From a virus (Duplodnaviria > Caudoviricetes), in the IMG/VR virus record IMGVR_UViG_3300027813_000022, positions 1-47,605 of that record: DNA of 47,605 nt, one strand, 5' to 3'. Within the stretch, counting starts at the first letter, position 1; each line of letters starts with the position of its first letter. Positions 17,658 through 30,300 of this stretch are shown here, one piece after another. The notes beneath the pieces are model-generated. The model was not told the DNA's origin. It worked only from the letters and a program-made list of their open reading frames with translations, and searched no databases. A program made the translations under genes and the position numbers.

Positions 17658-19055
17658 TTACGCCTCCCTTACAAACCAAATATCTCCGTCAACACCATCA
17701 CTACCTGTTGGATTGCTAGTTGAAACGTATTTCGTTGCACCACCCCATAGGTTTCCGTAAGTTGACACTTGTCCAATAGTTGGAACCGAAGTGCTTGATG
17801 TCATTGAGGTTGTTATTGCTGTACCAACTGCCGCTAAATTCATGTTTGTTACTGTTAACAATCCTGCCGCTGTTGTTCTTAAAAATTTTGAATTTTTGTT
17901 TGCATTTCCGTCTGCTGTTGCATCTGAATCTAATACTAATTTAGAATAAGTTTGGTTCTCACCTGCTGTCCATCTGTTCTCTGATACATCATAAAATACT
18001 CTTGCATCATCCGTATCATTTGTTTCAACAATAATTCCTGCATCTGCTTCACCGTTTCCTGTGTTTAGTTTTAAGAAAGCATCGTTTACTATGTTAACCT
18101 CACTTGAACTATTTTCAAATTCGCCAGTAATTGTTAAGTTACCAGTAACAGTAACGTTGCCTGTTAAGCCTATTGCTCCTGTGGCTCCTGTTAATGTGAT
18201 AGGTGTTTTTGTAACTCCACCGTCATTTACTGTGAAACTTAAATCTTTGTCTTGTGATGTTTGTGCAACTGTTACATCGTTGCTTGAAACTGTTAGTGAT
18301 AACTCTTGTGCGTTACCAACTGTTAATCCTGCATCGTTATCAATTGTTAATGCACCTGCCATAGTGTCTGCCACGTCTGCTCTTATAAAGTTTCCACCTG
18401 CAACTATTGAACTTGACGTATTTGTTGTTGTTGACACATCAACAAAAGTAGCCTGTGTGTTAGTACCATCAAACACTGCACCTAGTGTAGAGTTTAATGT
18501 TAATCCTGCTTTGATTGAAGCAAATCCTGTTTGTGTTACACTCGGAGTAAATGTTTCTTTTGAAAGTATTGCAACTCTTGTGTTGCCTGCGTACATAGAA
18601 GAAACAACTTTATTTCCGCCTGCACTGCCTAGTGTTTCAATTTTCCAACCTGAAAGTGTCTGTCCTGATGAGTATACTGGTCCTACTAACTGCCATGCTG
18701 AACCTGTGTAAACATGGATTTGATCAGTGCCTGTTTCATGCCATAAATCACCTGCTGTTGGAGATACTGGTTGTGACGCAGATGAATTTGCTCCGCCTGC
18801 CGGTTCAAACGCTGAACCATCGTAAACTTTTAATTGTCCTGTAGTTGTATCAAACCATAGTTCACCTCTTAATGGTGCCGCTGGTGAAGATGTTGATGCT
18901 GAATTTTCTAGTAATTTAATTTGGTTTTCGTTTAATAACTCACCAAAGTTAGAATAGCTTTTTCCAAAAAGTGTTAAACTGGTAGTATTATTAACAGTAC
19001 CGTCTTGGATTACTGCTATATTTGTTCCGTCTGTTTTGTTTATTGTGTATGGCAT
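17658..19055 (-). CDS. Tail fibre protein (start moved to ATG at 19055, MPYTINK)
   Basis: Same N-terminal module as its paralogues; ends PTGSDGVDGDIWF; no G2 chaperone. Confidence 0.75.
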   Translation of the reverse strand: MPYTINKTDGTNIAVIQDGTVNNTTSLTLFGKSYSNFGELLNENQIKLLENSASTSSPAAPLRGELWFDTTTGQLKVYDGSAFEPAGGANSSASQPVSPTAGDLWHETGTDQIHVYTGSAWQLVGPVYSSGQTLSGWKIETLGSAGGNKVVSSMYAGNTRVAILSKETFTPSVTQTGFASIKAGLTLNSTLGAVFDGTNTQATFVDVSTTTNTSSSIVAGGNFIRADVADTMAGALTIDNDAGLTVGNAQELSLTVSSNDVTVAQTSQDKDLSFTVNDGGVTKTPITLTGATGAIGLTGNVTVTGNLTITGEFENSSSEVNIVNDAFLKLNTGNGEADAGIIVETNDTDDARVFYDVSENRWTAGENQTYSKLVLDSDATADGNANKNSKFLRTTAAGLLTVTNMNLAAVGTAITTSMTSSTSVPTIGQVSTYGNLWGGATKYVSTSNPTGSDGVDGDIWFVREA

Positions 19056-19062
19056 TTGTTTA

Positions 19063-19070
19063 TATTTATT
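19063..19070 (-). promoter_or_regulatory. Late-promoter-like box AATAAATA, 7 nt before the ATG at 19055
   Basis: caaTAAATAtaaacaaATG; overlaps the upstream stop codon. Confidence 0.55.
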
Positions 19071-20574
19071 GTCTTCCCGCCACAATATTAATTGTGCCTA
19101 TATCAGTTGAATTGTATTCCTCTAGTGCTTTTCCTACTACTGTTCCCATTTTAGGATCTATACCTTTTCTAGCCACACCCGGATGTTGTGAGTGTGTAAC
19201 CAGCATATCACCTTTGTTAATCTGTCCTACTACTTTACATGGTACTTTTCCTTGTAATGCTACTGCTTGACCTGTTGCTTCGTTATTCATTAAGTATGCT
19301 GGATTTTCTGAGATAACACCTGCTACTCTTGGATCTGCACCCATACTCGAAACTGTAATTTCTTTTTCGCCGCCAAATATAACAACTGTGCCCACTTCAT
19401 ACTCGTCGTCGGATTCATATATCTCAGCCAAGTCAGCGTATTGTGCCGATGTTGCTTTTGCATATACTGTGTTGTATTTTTTAGTGTTTGAGCCTATATC
19501 ATATGATAAATTTGCATCAGGTAAAATATTTTTTCCTGTTAGTGTACCTGCTATTGTTAATGTGCCCATTGTGTTGGCACCTGTGCTTGTTACATTTCCA
19601 GTTACATTTCCTGTAACGTTTCCTGCTACTGCTGTTTCGATTGATGTTGCTTTGATTACGCCATTGACATCTAGTTTTGCAGTTGGCGTTGCTGTTCCAA
19701 TACCTACTCTAGCATCTGCACCATCTATTGTCATTACTGTGGTTGTTGTACCACCGTCATTGACTTTGAATGTTATATCTGTGTTTGCAACTGTGTTAGA
19801 AATAATTGCACCGCTGGCATCAACTGTTAAAGTTAAGTCTGAGTCTGCACCAACAATTACACCACCATCATTAGCAACTGATAAAGTTCCTGACGTTGCA
19901 TCGTTGGCATTTGATCTCAAATAGTTTGCCGCCGCTACGCCTCCTAGTGCATCTGCATCTGTGGCTGTGCCTTGAAATTTTGTATCTGCTATTGCTGTTG
20001 TTAAAGTTATACCTTTTTTAATACTTGCAAATCCTGTGATTCCTGATTTTGGAGTAAATGTATCTTCTGAAACGATTGCAATAAGGTTCCCGTCATTAAA
20101 CCATTTTGTAATATTCTGGGTTGCATCTGCAGAATCCAAAATAGTGTCGTATGTAAATCCGTTTGTTGTTCCTGTTGCACCTGGAGGGCCTACTAGTACT
20201 GAACTTGCACCGTTGTAAAGATACAGTTGAGCTGTGTCTGAATCAATCCACAAGTCACCTTGCGATAATCCTGATGGTGCTGTTGCTTCATATGGTGCAC
20301 TACCACCTGCTGTTTGGAATGCAGTACCGTTGTACACTTTTAATTTTGAATTTGAACTATCCCACCATAGTTGTCCTTGAATTGGTTTTGTTGGTGCTGA
20401 CGTGTTTGAAAAGTTTTCTAATAGGTGTAAAAAGTTTTCTGCAATACTTTCACCGTACCCTGCATAACCTTTTCCAATAAAACTTAGATCAGTTTGAGAA
20501 TTAACAACTCCGTCCTGAACTGTGTATTGATTTGGCGATGCCGCATTATTGCTTTTGTTTACTGTGTATGCCAT
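19066..20574 (-). CDS. Tail fibre protein with C-terminal peptidase-G2-type chaperone
   Basis: GKGYAGYGE..LLENF..GQLWWD; RVGIGTATP; TSAQYADLAEIY..VAGVIS..VALQGKVPCKV. Confidence 0.78.
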   Translation of the reverse strand: MAYTVNKSNNAASPNQYTVQDGVVNSQTDLSFIGKGYAGYGESIAENFLHLLENFSNTSAPTKPIQGQLWWDSSNSKLKVYNGTAFQTAGGSAPYEATAPSGLSQGDLWIDSDTAQLYLYNGASSVLVGPPGATGTTNGFTYDTILDSADATQNITKWFNDGNLIAIVSEDTFTPKSGITGFASIKKGITLTTAIADTKFQGTATDADALGGVAAANYLRSNANDATSGTLSVANDGGVIVGADSDLTLTVDASGAIISNTVANTDITFKVNDGGTTTTVMTIDGADARVGIGTATPTAKLDVNGVIKATSIETAVAGNVTGNVTGNVTSTGANTMGTLTIAGTLTGKNILPDANLSYDIGSNTKKYNTVYAKATSAQYADLAEIYESDDEYEVGTVVIFGGEKEITVSSMGADPRVAGVISENPAYLMNNEATGQAVALQGKVPCKVVGQINKGDMLVTHSQHPGVARKGIDPKMGTVVGKALEEYNSTDIGTINIVAGRQ

Positions 20575-20577
20575 TTA

Positions 20578-21303
20578 TTAGTATCCAGTATTACTTCCTG
20601 AAGTTGTTCCGCTTACAGTATTTGATGTTGATAATGCTGTAGAACTAGTTTCAGTGAATGTTGTCAATGATTGTATTCTCAAAGTGTAATCAATTTGGAT
20701 TAATCTGTTTAAAGATTTTTGTACTGGGTGGAATACAACGTGTGTTAACAATTTGTTTGTACCACCGTTCTCTGTTCCTTCCCATGATTTTAATCCTAAT
20801 TCGTCAAAAACATAATCACCGTTAAAATTTGTTGTGTTGTCAAAAGCCGCTTGTCCTGTTGGCTCACCATAATCAAGTGTACAAGTAACAACAATGTCAG
20901 TGTACTTGTTACCTGCTGTGTGTCTTACTTCCATTTTGTTTCTTGTTACATCTTTGTTGGTAGCAGAGTTATCATCTATTACTTTATAATATGTTTGATT
21001 GTACAGTGCGGCGTTTGTGCCTGTGCTGTTTGGTGTTAGGTATGTAATAACTCCTGTTGTGTCTACAGATGTTCCGCCGTTTCCTAGTGCTAACTCGTGT
21101 ACAAAACCGTTTGATTTATTTGCTAATGAGTTTGCTAATGCCTGAGACATATTTTCGTAGTGGATAGCATTTCTTTTATCTACTATTACTTCGCCAGTTT
21201 CAGGGTCAAATATCTTAATATGCCCTGTCATCATAACACCTGTGTTATCCTGGGGCTTTTTGTTTTCTTCTTTTAGTTCTGTGTGTTTAGTATCTTGTGT
21301 CAT
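20578..21303 (-). CDS. Virion structural protein (baseplate/fibre attachment region)
   Basis: Beta-rich; FDELGL..LLTHVVFHPVQKS..IDYTL; lies between the giant baseplate protein and the fibres. Confidence 0.65.
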   Translation of the reverse strand: MTQDTKHTELKEENKKPQDNTGVMMTGHIKIFDPETGEVIVDKRNAIHYENMSQALANSLANKSNGFVHELALGNGGTSVDTTGVITYLTPNSTGTNAALYNQTYYKVIDDNSATNKDVTRNKMEVRHTAGNKYTDIVVTCTLDYGEPTGQAAFDNTTNFNGDYVFDELGLKSWEGTENGGTNKLLTHVVFHPVQKSLNRLIQIDYTLRIQSLTTFTETSSTALSTSNTVSGTTSGSNTGY

Positions 21304-21309
21304 CTAGTG

Positions 21310-21317
21310 TATTTATT
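21310..21317 (-). promoter_or_regulatory. Late-promoter-like box AATAAATA, 6 nt before the ATG at 21303
   Basis: gaaTAAATAcactagATG; overlaps the upstream stop codon. Confidence 0.55.
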
Positions 21318-24300
21318 CAGGTGCATTTGTTGGCTCGTCAGCTATGAATCTAGCCTGTTGAGTCGTAGACGCTTGTAATCCTTTACCATCCGCTGGATTA
21401 CCATCTTTGCCATTATACCAAACCTGTCCTTTCTTGTGTAAGATTTTAACCTGTGTTCCGTCAGCCGGTACAGTGCTTAAAGTCACTGTTGTGCTAGATC
21501 CGTCCACAGAGTAGTTAATAGTTGATCCGTCCTCGCTAGTAAGCAACAATCGTTGGCCACCAATGAATATGTCTAACTCACTAGCAGAGGCTGGGGTTTG
21601 TGATAGTGCAAACACTGTTGTACTGCCGTCACCTGTGAAGGTGTTGGTGTGTACTGTGTCCGCATAAGGTATGGTTTGAGTACCTGACGCATCTACCACT
21701 TCGGCGCCTGATCCATGTACCTTAATTCCTGTTCCAAGAGTTCCACGTTTAATTTGTCCTAATACGTTAGTTGTCTTGGTAAAATATTCTATTCTTTCTT
21801 TGTCTATAAAGATTACACCTGGTTGATTGGTTGATATATCTGGTGTAGGCATTATACTTCCGTCTTTTACTGTGATAGTTCTAGATCCATCAATTAAATC
21901 TTGTGTTAATTCTGTTGTTGCATTTTTATTGATACGTTTGTAGAATGTTCTATTCAACATATCTTTGAAAATTCTAAATCCTGTGGCTCCTGTCGCTGAT
22001 TCTAAAGCAAAATACATAATATCCAATCTGTCCGATGATGTTATTGTTTTGCCAAAAACTGTTACTGTGTTGCCACTTAATGTGTAATCACTGTTTTGTA
22101 TTAGCTGTTCTCCGTTTAACCAAACATAAGTGTATGTAGAATTTAGTGGATCAAATCTCAATTTGAATATGCCGTTTGTTCTACCCTCTAATACTTCTCT
22201 TCTGTGTTTCATGCCAAGTGCATTGTTAAATGTTGTAACTGAAAGTTTATCACCGTTGCTGATCGAGTATGGCGATGTTATAGCACTTGGAATTAATATG
22301 ATATCTGTACCTTCGTTATAGTAATGATTGTCAACTAGTGTTGAAATACAAATTACGTCTGTCGATGTTGGACTTGTAACAAAGTCAACATTTTGATTTC
22401 CTATGTCCACTGTGTAGTCTGTGTTGAGTAATTTTTGTACACCATTCACAAACACCTGAACTTGGTTTGCATTTGTAATATTTTTTGCAGGATCAACGGT
22501 TGAGTCATCACCTAGACCTGATACTACCCCGTAAGTGTATGTGCTTCCGTCACCAACATAGTAAGTGTTGTCCGGTCCTCTTAACACTCTACCGTTAACT
22601 TCAATTGTCGTTAAACCTGAGAATGGTCCAATTGATCCTGACGGATATGTTAATGTGTACCTATTTGTTCCACTGGCATATGTTACTTCTTGATTTCTAA
22701 CACTTGCATAACTTCGTGTGCTGGTTGCTGTTTTGGCAAATCCTGCAACTTGTATGAATGCGTCTGCCGCCGGAGCAGAACTAAATGTTACTTCTAATCT
22801 TTTTCTAACACTGCTTGTTGTAAAAGCAGTTGTAGGTACACCGTCTATTGTGATGTAAATTTCAGATGCTGTTGAATCAAATGAGAAATCATCACTAGTC
22901 GAAGTTGTGTATGTTACTGTGCTTCCATCCCCTGTGTATTGATCCAATACTCTGTAATTCTCTCCACTGATTGCAAACATTTTCGTAGATACTTTGCTTA
23001 AATCTGCTGGTGCTGATCCAAATGTAATTGTTTTGTTTGTTATGTTTACTGTATAGTCAGTTGTAAGTTTTTTAACCACACCATCAACACTTACAGTCAC
23101 TGATCCAAGTGTTCCTGGATAATCTCCAATTGCAAACGTTGTTGTCGTTCCATCACCTATATAATTGTTTTCACTTATAAATGGTACTCCAGATTCTGGA
23201 GACGTGTAAACTTTAATGTCCACTGTGTCAAACATTTGTCCTGGAACAGTTTCTTCCGGTGCGTAACTTGTATCTGGTGATATAAAATCATCACCTTCTA
23301 ATAAAATATCACTTGGTGCATGACCAAGTGCTGATGTAAATAATCCACCTTTAACAATCGAGTCTAATGTTCTATCATCAGTCGGTGTTAATACTTGATC
23401 ATCATCAAATGGTATAAACTCTACCAATGCATTTGAACCTGCTGTTTCACTAATATTAAAAGTAACTGTATTACCGTCACCTCTGATTACATCTGAAAGT
23501 TTTCTTCTTGTGCTATCTCCGTGTGTTATATAAACTTGATATACTTCTGTTGTTGCAGGTGCAGTAGCAAAAGTATAAGCAGTGGTTGAACCGTCTGCCG
23601 TAAATGCTTTTACTCTAGATACACCATAATTATCAAATGGGAAATCATACCAACCTGCTTTGTCCCACCCTGCTTCTTGTGAGAATAATAATCCTGTAAC
23701 CATTGTGCCACCGTAATCAACACCTGTCATTACTTGTGACAATTCGTTGCCTGGCATGCCTGCGCCTGGTGTGTAAAATCCTTTTGTTCTGTCTGCGGCT
23801 GTTAGTCCTGTTTCGTTACCGTACACTTTATATACATTGCCAATATTATCGTCAAACTTTGTAGTTGCTGTAAAGGCGCTTGTTGCTTTGTACAGTTGAT
23901 TGTTGTATCTAATTAAATCTCCATATGCAAAGTATGTAGATGCTTTCCAATCTTTAACTCTAGATGTGCTTGATACCCTATCAAATTTAATTGTTGTGTC
24001 AAAATCTCTAACAAGATCATTATTTAGATTTGCATATGCTTTAGCTGTGTCAGTCGGTGTTCCTCCAGCTTTCAGTCCGCCTGTTAATGCTACTGTTGGT
24101 GTTGTTGTGTAATTTGCACCTGTGTCTGACAGTATTATTTTTGTAACTTTTCCGCCTTGAATTATTGCTGTTGCTTTTGCTGGTGTTGTGTTAGGAGCAA
24201 CATACATTTTAAATGTGTTTGATTTAGTTGTCTGTGCATGATTCGTTGATCCAGTAGGCATATAGAACGTGCCTGTAAAGTCATCAAACGTATGACTGTG

Positions 24301-27300
24301 TACAGCACCACTTCCGCTGTTTTGTGAATCATAAATTTTTGCTTGGGCTTCACTTGTAAACATTGGATAGTAATATCCATAACTGCCTGATGTTGCACCA
24401 CTGTTGCTAGTTCCTTGCAATTGGAATGGTCCTGTACTGCCCACCGTTCCGCCTAATACAGTGACTTCAGGAGCAACTTCATACCCCGATCCAGCTTTTG
24501 TTACTATTATTGAAGCAACATATTTTTTGTGGTAGTCGTTCCACATCTGATATGGGTATTCATTTAATTTTGCTGTATCTATATTGACATCTAGTGGTCT
24601 AATTTTTTTGGTTGTTGTATCATACAACGGTGGATTATCAAAATCTGTAAATATTCCGTCTTGTATATCATTTCCCGTATAACCTAATTTATATTCTCTT
24701 AATTTTGTATTGAATGGTTTTACTTCGTTTATGTAACTTTCAATCCAACCGTCTGTACCTGTTTCATAACTCTTTCGTTGATCTAATTCTCTAACAGAAT
24801 TTTTAACATTTATGAAAGATGTTTTGAACACCCAGTCCACATAAGTTTGTTCTGCTAATACTTTCCTCAATCCTGTAAAGAACAATGTGTTGTATTCTTT
24901 TGCAAGATCGCCAATAAACAGATCATCTCTCAATGCTGTAAGTATCATTCTTGTTTCGTTTGCTGGTTCTTGGTCAAAGAAGTTTTCATCAAATGTGTCT
25001 TCGCCAGCAAAACCTGTAGCGTCTTGAGTGTAATCGTATAATTTTGTTGACAATCTAACTGTGCCGTTTTCTGTTCCTACATTTATCCAACCTGTGATTG
25101 TCTTCATAAACAATTTCCAACCACCTGTATCTGCATTTGTAACCTTAACATGTTTGCCAGGAACAATATCTAATCCGTCTAGTTCATATTCATATGTTAC
25201 TTGATTATCAATAGGAGTATTTTCGCTGTGAACCATTTCGTGTATAGCAGGATCTGTTCCATACCAATCTGTGTAACTCCAATAGTTTGATGTATTATAA
25301 GTTTGTAATTTAGTTCTTGACCAAACTGTTCCGTCCCATGTGTATATTGCCCAAAAGTTATTTGATGTTTCATCTGCATGGACCAAATATCTCACAGTCC
25401 CTGATAGATCTGCTGTATTAACATATGTAAGTTCTGCATAAGTGTCAACAGTTGCGTCCCACTCTAAACTTTGTGCAGTTGGCTCTGGTTCTTTTGAATC
25501 TAGATTTATTAAATTAATTTGTCCAACTAGTTGATATTTTTTAAGCACTGTGTTTGCATAATCAATAATTTCCTTTAGTGCCTCAAATCTGTTTACATAC
25601 CAACCTTGTCTTGGACGTATATTGTTTCCGTATCTTTGGTTTAGTGGAAGATCAAGATCAGGCACTTTGTCTCCTGCTGTGTTTTGACCTATTAGTGAAT
25701 CCCACCAATGTCCTTCTATTTGTGTACTTGGTCTATAATCTGGGTCACCTTCTCTTGCTAATTTCCACACAGAGTGAGAATCACCTTCAAATGTGTTTGA
25801 TCTAATATCAACACTTAAAATTATATCACCGTTTGTTAAATTAGACACATTGTTAAGAACAAATTTGTTTGTGTCTGTAATTGAATAATATTTTAGGCCA
25901 AAGTTTTTTGGATCTCTAATTAGATTTGCTGTAAATGATATAGAATTATTTCGTTTAACCACACTGTTTGCTGGTATAGTTGTTACATCTTTTACCCAAT
26001 AGTAGTAGTAATTAACAAACGTATCTAGTGTTGAATTATATCGTTGTTGTACTGTGTATTTGCTTTCATCCAACACTGTTCCGCCGCTTAATGTGTTAGA
26101 TTGAATGTTGTATTCAGTCGGTGTTAAAATAGACTCTGTCCACTCATAAATGTCTATACTTGATCCAGGAAATGTTTTACCCCAATTATTAACTTTGTAT
26201 TCTTGTGATCCTTGTTCGTACCAAATCCATTTCACTTTAGATAAGTCCCACCAAACTTCACCAATATGTTCTTCACCCCATGGAGTTTTTGTATTGGCAT
26301 TATCGCCTGTATTATATATTGCAGGATCCCATGTTGTTTTGATATTAATTTCTCTGTCTGCAATTCCTAGTATTCTTCCTTTTATAGGATCATACAAGTC
26401 ATAATGATCTCTGATTTCTTTTGATCTATTATCAAATTCAAATACTTGTCCCACTTTGCTTATATCAATTAATGCTTCCTCAGTTACTATGTCTTTCCAT
26501 GCATACTTGTTGTTTTCTGTTAGATCAAAAACGGTAACTGTTCCATCATTTGTAATTCTAGTGCTTCCGTCTGATGTTACATTTCCATCATCTTGTGGTG
26601 CTCCTACAAACACTGCATTGTCTATTGCACAAACGCCTCTGCCAAAATCATCCATTGCTGTAACGTTATCAGTCATTAACCTATCATCAACTATGAATTT
26701 TGTATTATACATAGTGGCTGTGTATGCTCCACCTGACTGTATGTTAGAATCAATAAATGATGTATCTTGTAAATCAAAAGTTGTGCCGCCTATATCAAAA
26801 TTCATTTGTCGTGGACTTGCAAAACTTTCGGCACCTATTACTACTCGAGTTCCTGCTGGATTTATTGCAAGTGTAGTTCCAAACTTCATGTTAACTTGTA
26901 AATCCGGTGCATTAATTGTTTGCTGTAAAGTGTAAGTGTTTGTCGACCCGTCTGCATTCCATTTGTAATAGTATATTGCTCCAGCATCTGCTTGATCTGA
27001 TTTATCAACTCCAGGTGCACTTATTATTAAAGTATTTCCATCTTTGCTCATTGCAAGTGCGTCACCAAATGCAGTGTTTGCCGTTGATCCATCTGCTGTT
27101 ACACCTGTAAGTGTTTGTGCAAGTGTAAATGTATTTGCTGAACTTCCGTCTGATCCTGATCTTACAAATATTTCTACCTTGCCTGCATTACCTGGTGCTA
27201 ATGAACTAACTGCTAGTACATCACCGTTATCGTTAGCTTGTAGTCTATGTCCAAATCTTTGTCCGCTACCGCCAGCTGGTGCTTCTAGTGTGTAATCTTT

Positions 27301-30300
27301 TGTCCATCTATCGTATGTTGAACCGTCTGCTCCCACTCCCCAAGTGTACACATACACTCTACCTTTGTTGGTGCTGTGTCCTGGTGCCGATACAAAAAGA
27401 TATTTTTGTGTTGTGCTTCTAACTGAGTCGACTCCCGACTCCGTAATTTTATGTGCCCACCCAAAATTCTGCGATGCCGCATCTGTTGGTGGTAGTAGTG
27501 TTGTTAATGTTCCATACTTAAATGTGCTTGGATTCCAAAGGAATATTTTAATTAGACCTGCATCTGCAAATACTGTGCTACCATCTGATCCTAATGAGTT
27601 TGCATATGGGCCACCGGCTACAACAAAGTTTTCATCTGTACTCATCGATAATGATTCACCTAATTTAGTGGTGACATCACTACCTGCTGTTGTTGTTAGT
27701 GTAGACTGTGTTTCAAATGTTGATCCGGCTGTTGCTTCTCTTCTAAATAAGAAGTTAACAGTTCCTTGTGCTTTTCCTGGTGATGATACAACTACTGTCC
27801 GACCATCATTTCTAGCAACAATCTGCTGTCCAAAATGTTGATCTGCTGTTAAAGTATCCGGAGACAATTGAATTGATGTTGTGTACGGATCTTGTTTTTC
27901 ATACACACGCCATAATCCTGAACTGTCAGCATCAGTAAAAACTCTATCACCTGTATATCCTACTGCTGAATTTCTGTCTTGATAGTCGCTATATTTTAAT
28001 ATATCATTTACATTGTCAATAGATGGTAATCTTACTGAAATAAACTTGTAAACATTTCCATACGAGTCTGCTGTTGAGTTGTCTGAAACACTTTCTGAGA
28101 ACGGCGTATTCAATGCAAAGTCTATTACAATAGTTTTATGATCTAACACAGAAAATACTTCATACACACCGTTTAAGTTTTCAGTTTTAGCATTTGTTAT
28201 ACCGAAATAGTCTGCTCGGCTTGTTGTTGTGCCTGCCGATAATCCATGAGGTTCTGAAAAAGTTATTTCTAGCTGTGTAGCTTCGTTAATTCTTTTAAGT
28301 TGAGATATTTTATATGGTTGATTAGTCAACCTAAACACGTCCCAATCATTGTTTAACTTGTTTGCTACCCATATTAATTGTCCTGGTTCAACTGCTTCCA
28401 TATCAAGTTTTAGTAAATCAATTACATCGAATGCTGTATGATGTACTTGTGATAGTTGAGGATACCCTGCAGTTTTATAAACCTGTGCATGGTCTCTACT
28501 AGTGCCTTCTTTAGAATAATCTAATCTGCTAAAAGTTGTTGAAGCTGTGTAGTCTACTGGTTTGTAATACATGTTATCTTTTGCTACTGCATCTGATCTT
28601 GCGTACTCTACTGTTTCGTTTGACGTATCAAACAATTCAAAACTGTTAGGATTTGCTGTTACTACATCATCTAATAAGCGAATTTGTATATTTTCAATCG
28701 AATCTACATTTCCGAAATTTCCTGTCTTTAACATCCACTCTGGATATAGATCAAGTGAAATGTCCTGTCCTTCGTATTTGGCTTTTAACAATCTATCTAT
28801 TGCGTTTTGTGTTCCTTTTTCTCTGATATATCCTTGATAAAATTTGTATTGTGAAATATCATTAACAAATAGGTTGTCCAAGTAGTCTCTTGATTGATAG
28901 CCTATTAGTTTTTGTGCTAGTTTCTGTTGCGACTCGTCAAAGTTGTTTGATTCTAAATCATAGAAATCATTGAACTGTGATATCTTGTAATCAAAGTTTG
29001 GAATTAGCTGTGGTGCTGGTTTTTGAGATTTTAATACCCAATTTGCAGTGTCAAACAATGAGCCCGATCCGTGATTTACTTTTGCCACATAAAATTTACC
29101 TTGGTACTCTATGCTGTCGCCTATTTTATAATCTGTGTTTGCAGTCCAATATGTTACCTGTGCAGAATCAAACATAAAGCCCGGAGCATAATAATCTCCG
29201 TTCCATCCTGCTGTTTTCCATCCTACTACTTTTAACCTTGCTTGTCTAAATCCTGTTGTAGGCTCATGAATAATATCTGCGAACACAGTTTTATTATCAA
29301 ATAAAAGAACATGTTCTTTTTGTACAGTGCTTAACACTATGTTATACAAGCCAGTATTTTCATCTTTTATTTCTAAGTCAAATGTTTTGCCTATTCTTTT
29401 TGTAGATACTTGTCTTATAGGAATTTTTCTTCCGCCTGCGTCTAGCAATGAATAGTCTCCGGCTAAATTTTGTAGTTTGCCTACTATTGAATTTTCTGTG
29501 TCTATCTCAAATCCTTGTGCGGCAGGTGAAACAGTGATTGCTGAACCTGGTGCCCATTCTTGAGTTGTCCAGAATAAAAACTCTCGTACTGCGTTTTGCC
29601 AATTTAGTGTTTCTTTAATCTCATTTGAATATTTGTTAAATTTAAATCCTTGTTGTTCTAAATAAGTTCCGTAACCAAGTAAAAAGTCTGCAATTTCTTG
29701 CACAGTGTCAAACACATATCCATATGGTATTGTTTGTACAGTTTCTTTGTAATCGTTATAACTTACTACTTCTTGTGAACCTTCCACTGATAATTTGTTT
29801 CCAATAGAAGTTTTAACAGGGTAATTAAATTTGAAATATGGTTTAGATGTTGAGTATCCTAAAACTCTAAACCCTCCTAGTATTGTTGATCCGTCTCGAG
29901 AAACTTCTGTGTTCTTTTCTATAAGCACACCAGAGTAATTAAAAGAGTGTACTGGGTTTGATGTTCTAAATAATATCTTGTAGTTCTCATCTGGAATAAA
30001 TTTAGATCCAGATGCTGATCCTGGAGATACCGAGTCTGTTAATATTTTTAAATTGTCTTTATCTGTAAACCCACCTAGTTTGTATGCTAGTTGTGTTTTA
30101 AGATTTGTCATTTTTTTGTAGTAGAACGTATCTGTGTTGATATTTTTTGATATTAGATAGTTTACCACTAGTGGTTGATAACCTGCTGTTAGGTATGTTG
30201 TTGTTACTCCACTTGCATTGTTTGTCGATGTTTGCAAATGATATTTTGCAGTTTTAAATATTCTTCTAACTTTAGTTTCTTTGTCTATCTGGTTGCCACC

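Noticed and set aside
19056-19085. N-terminal extension MWREDNKYKQ of ORF 17658..19085
   Set aside because: Paralogues start M(A/P)YxxN, and the promoter-like box lies within this stretch
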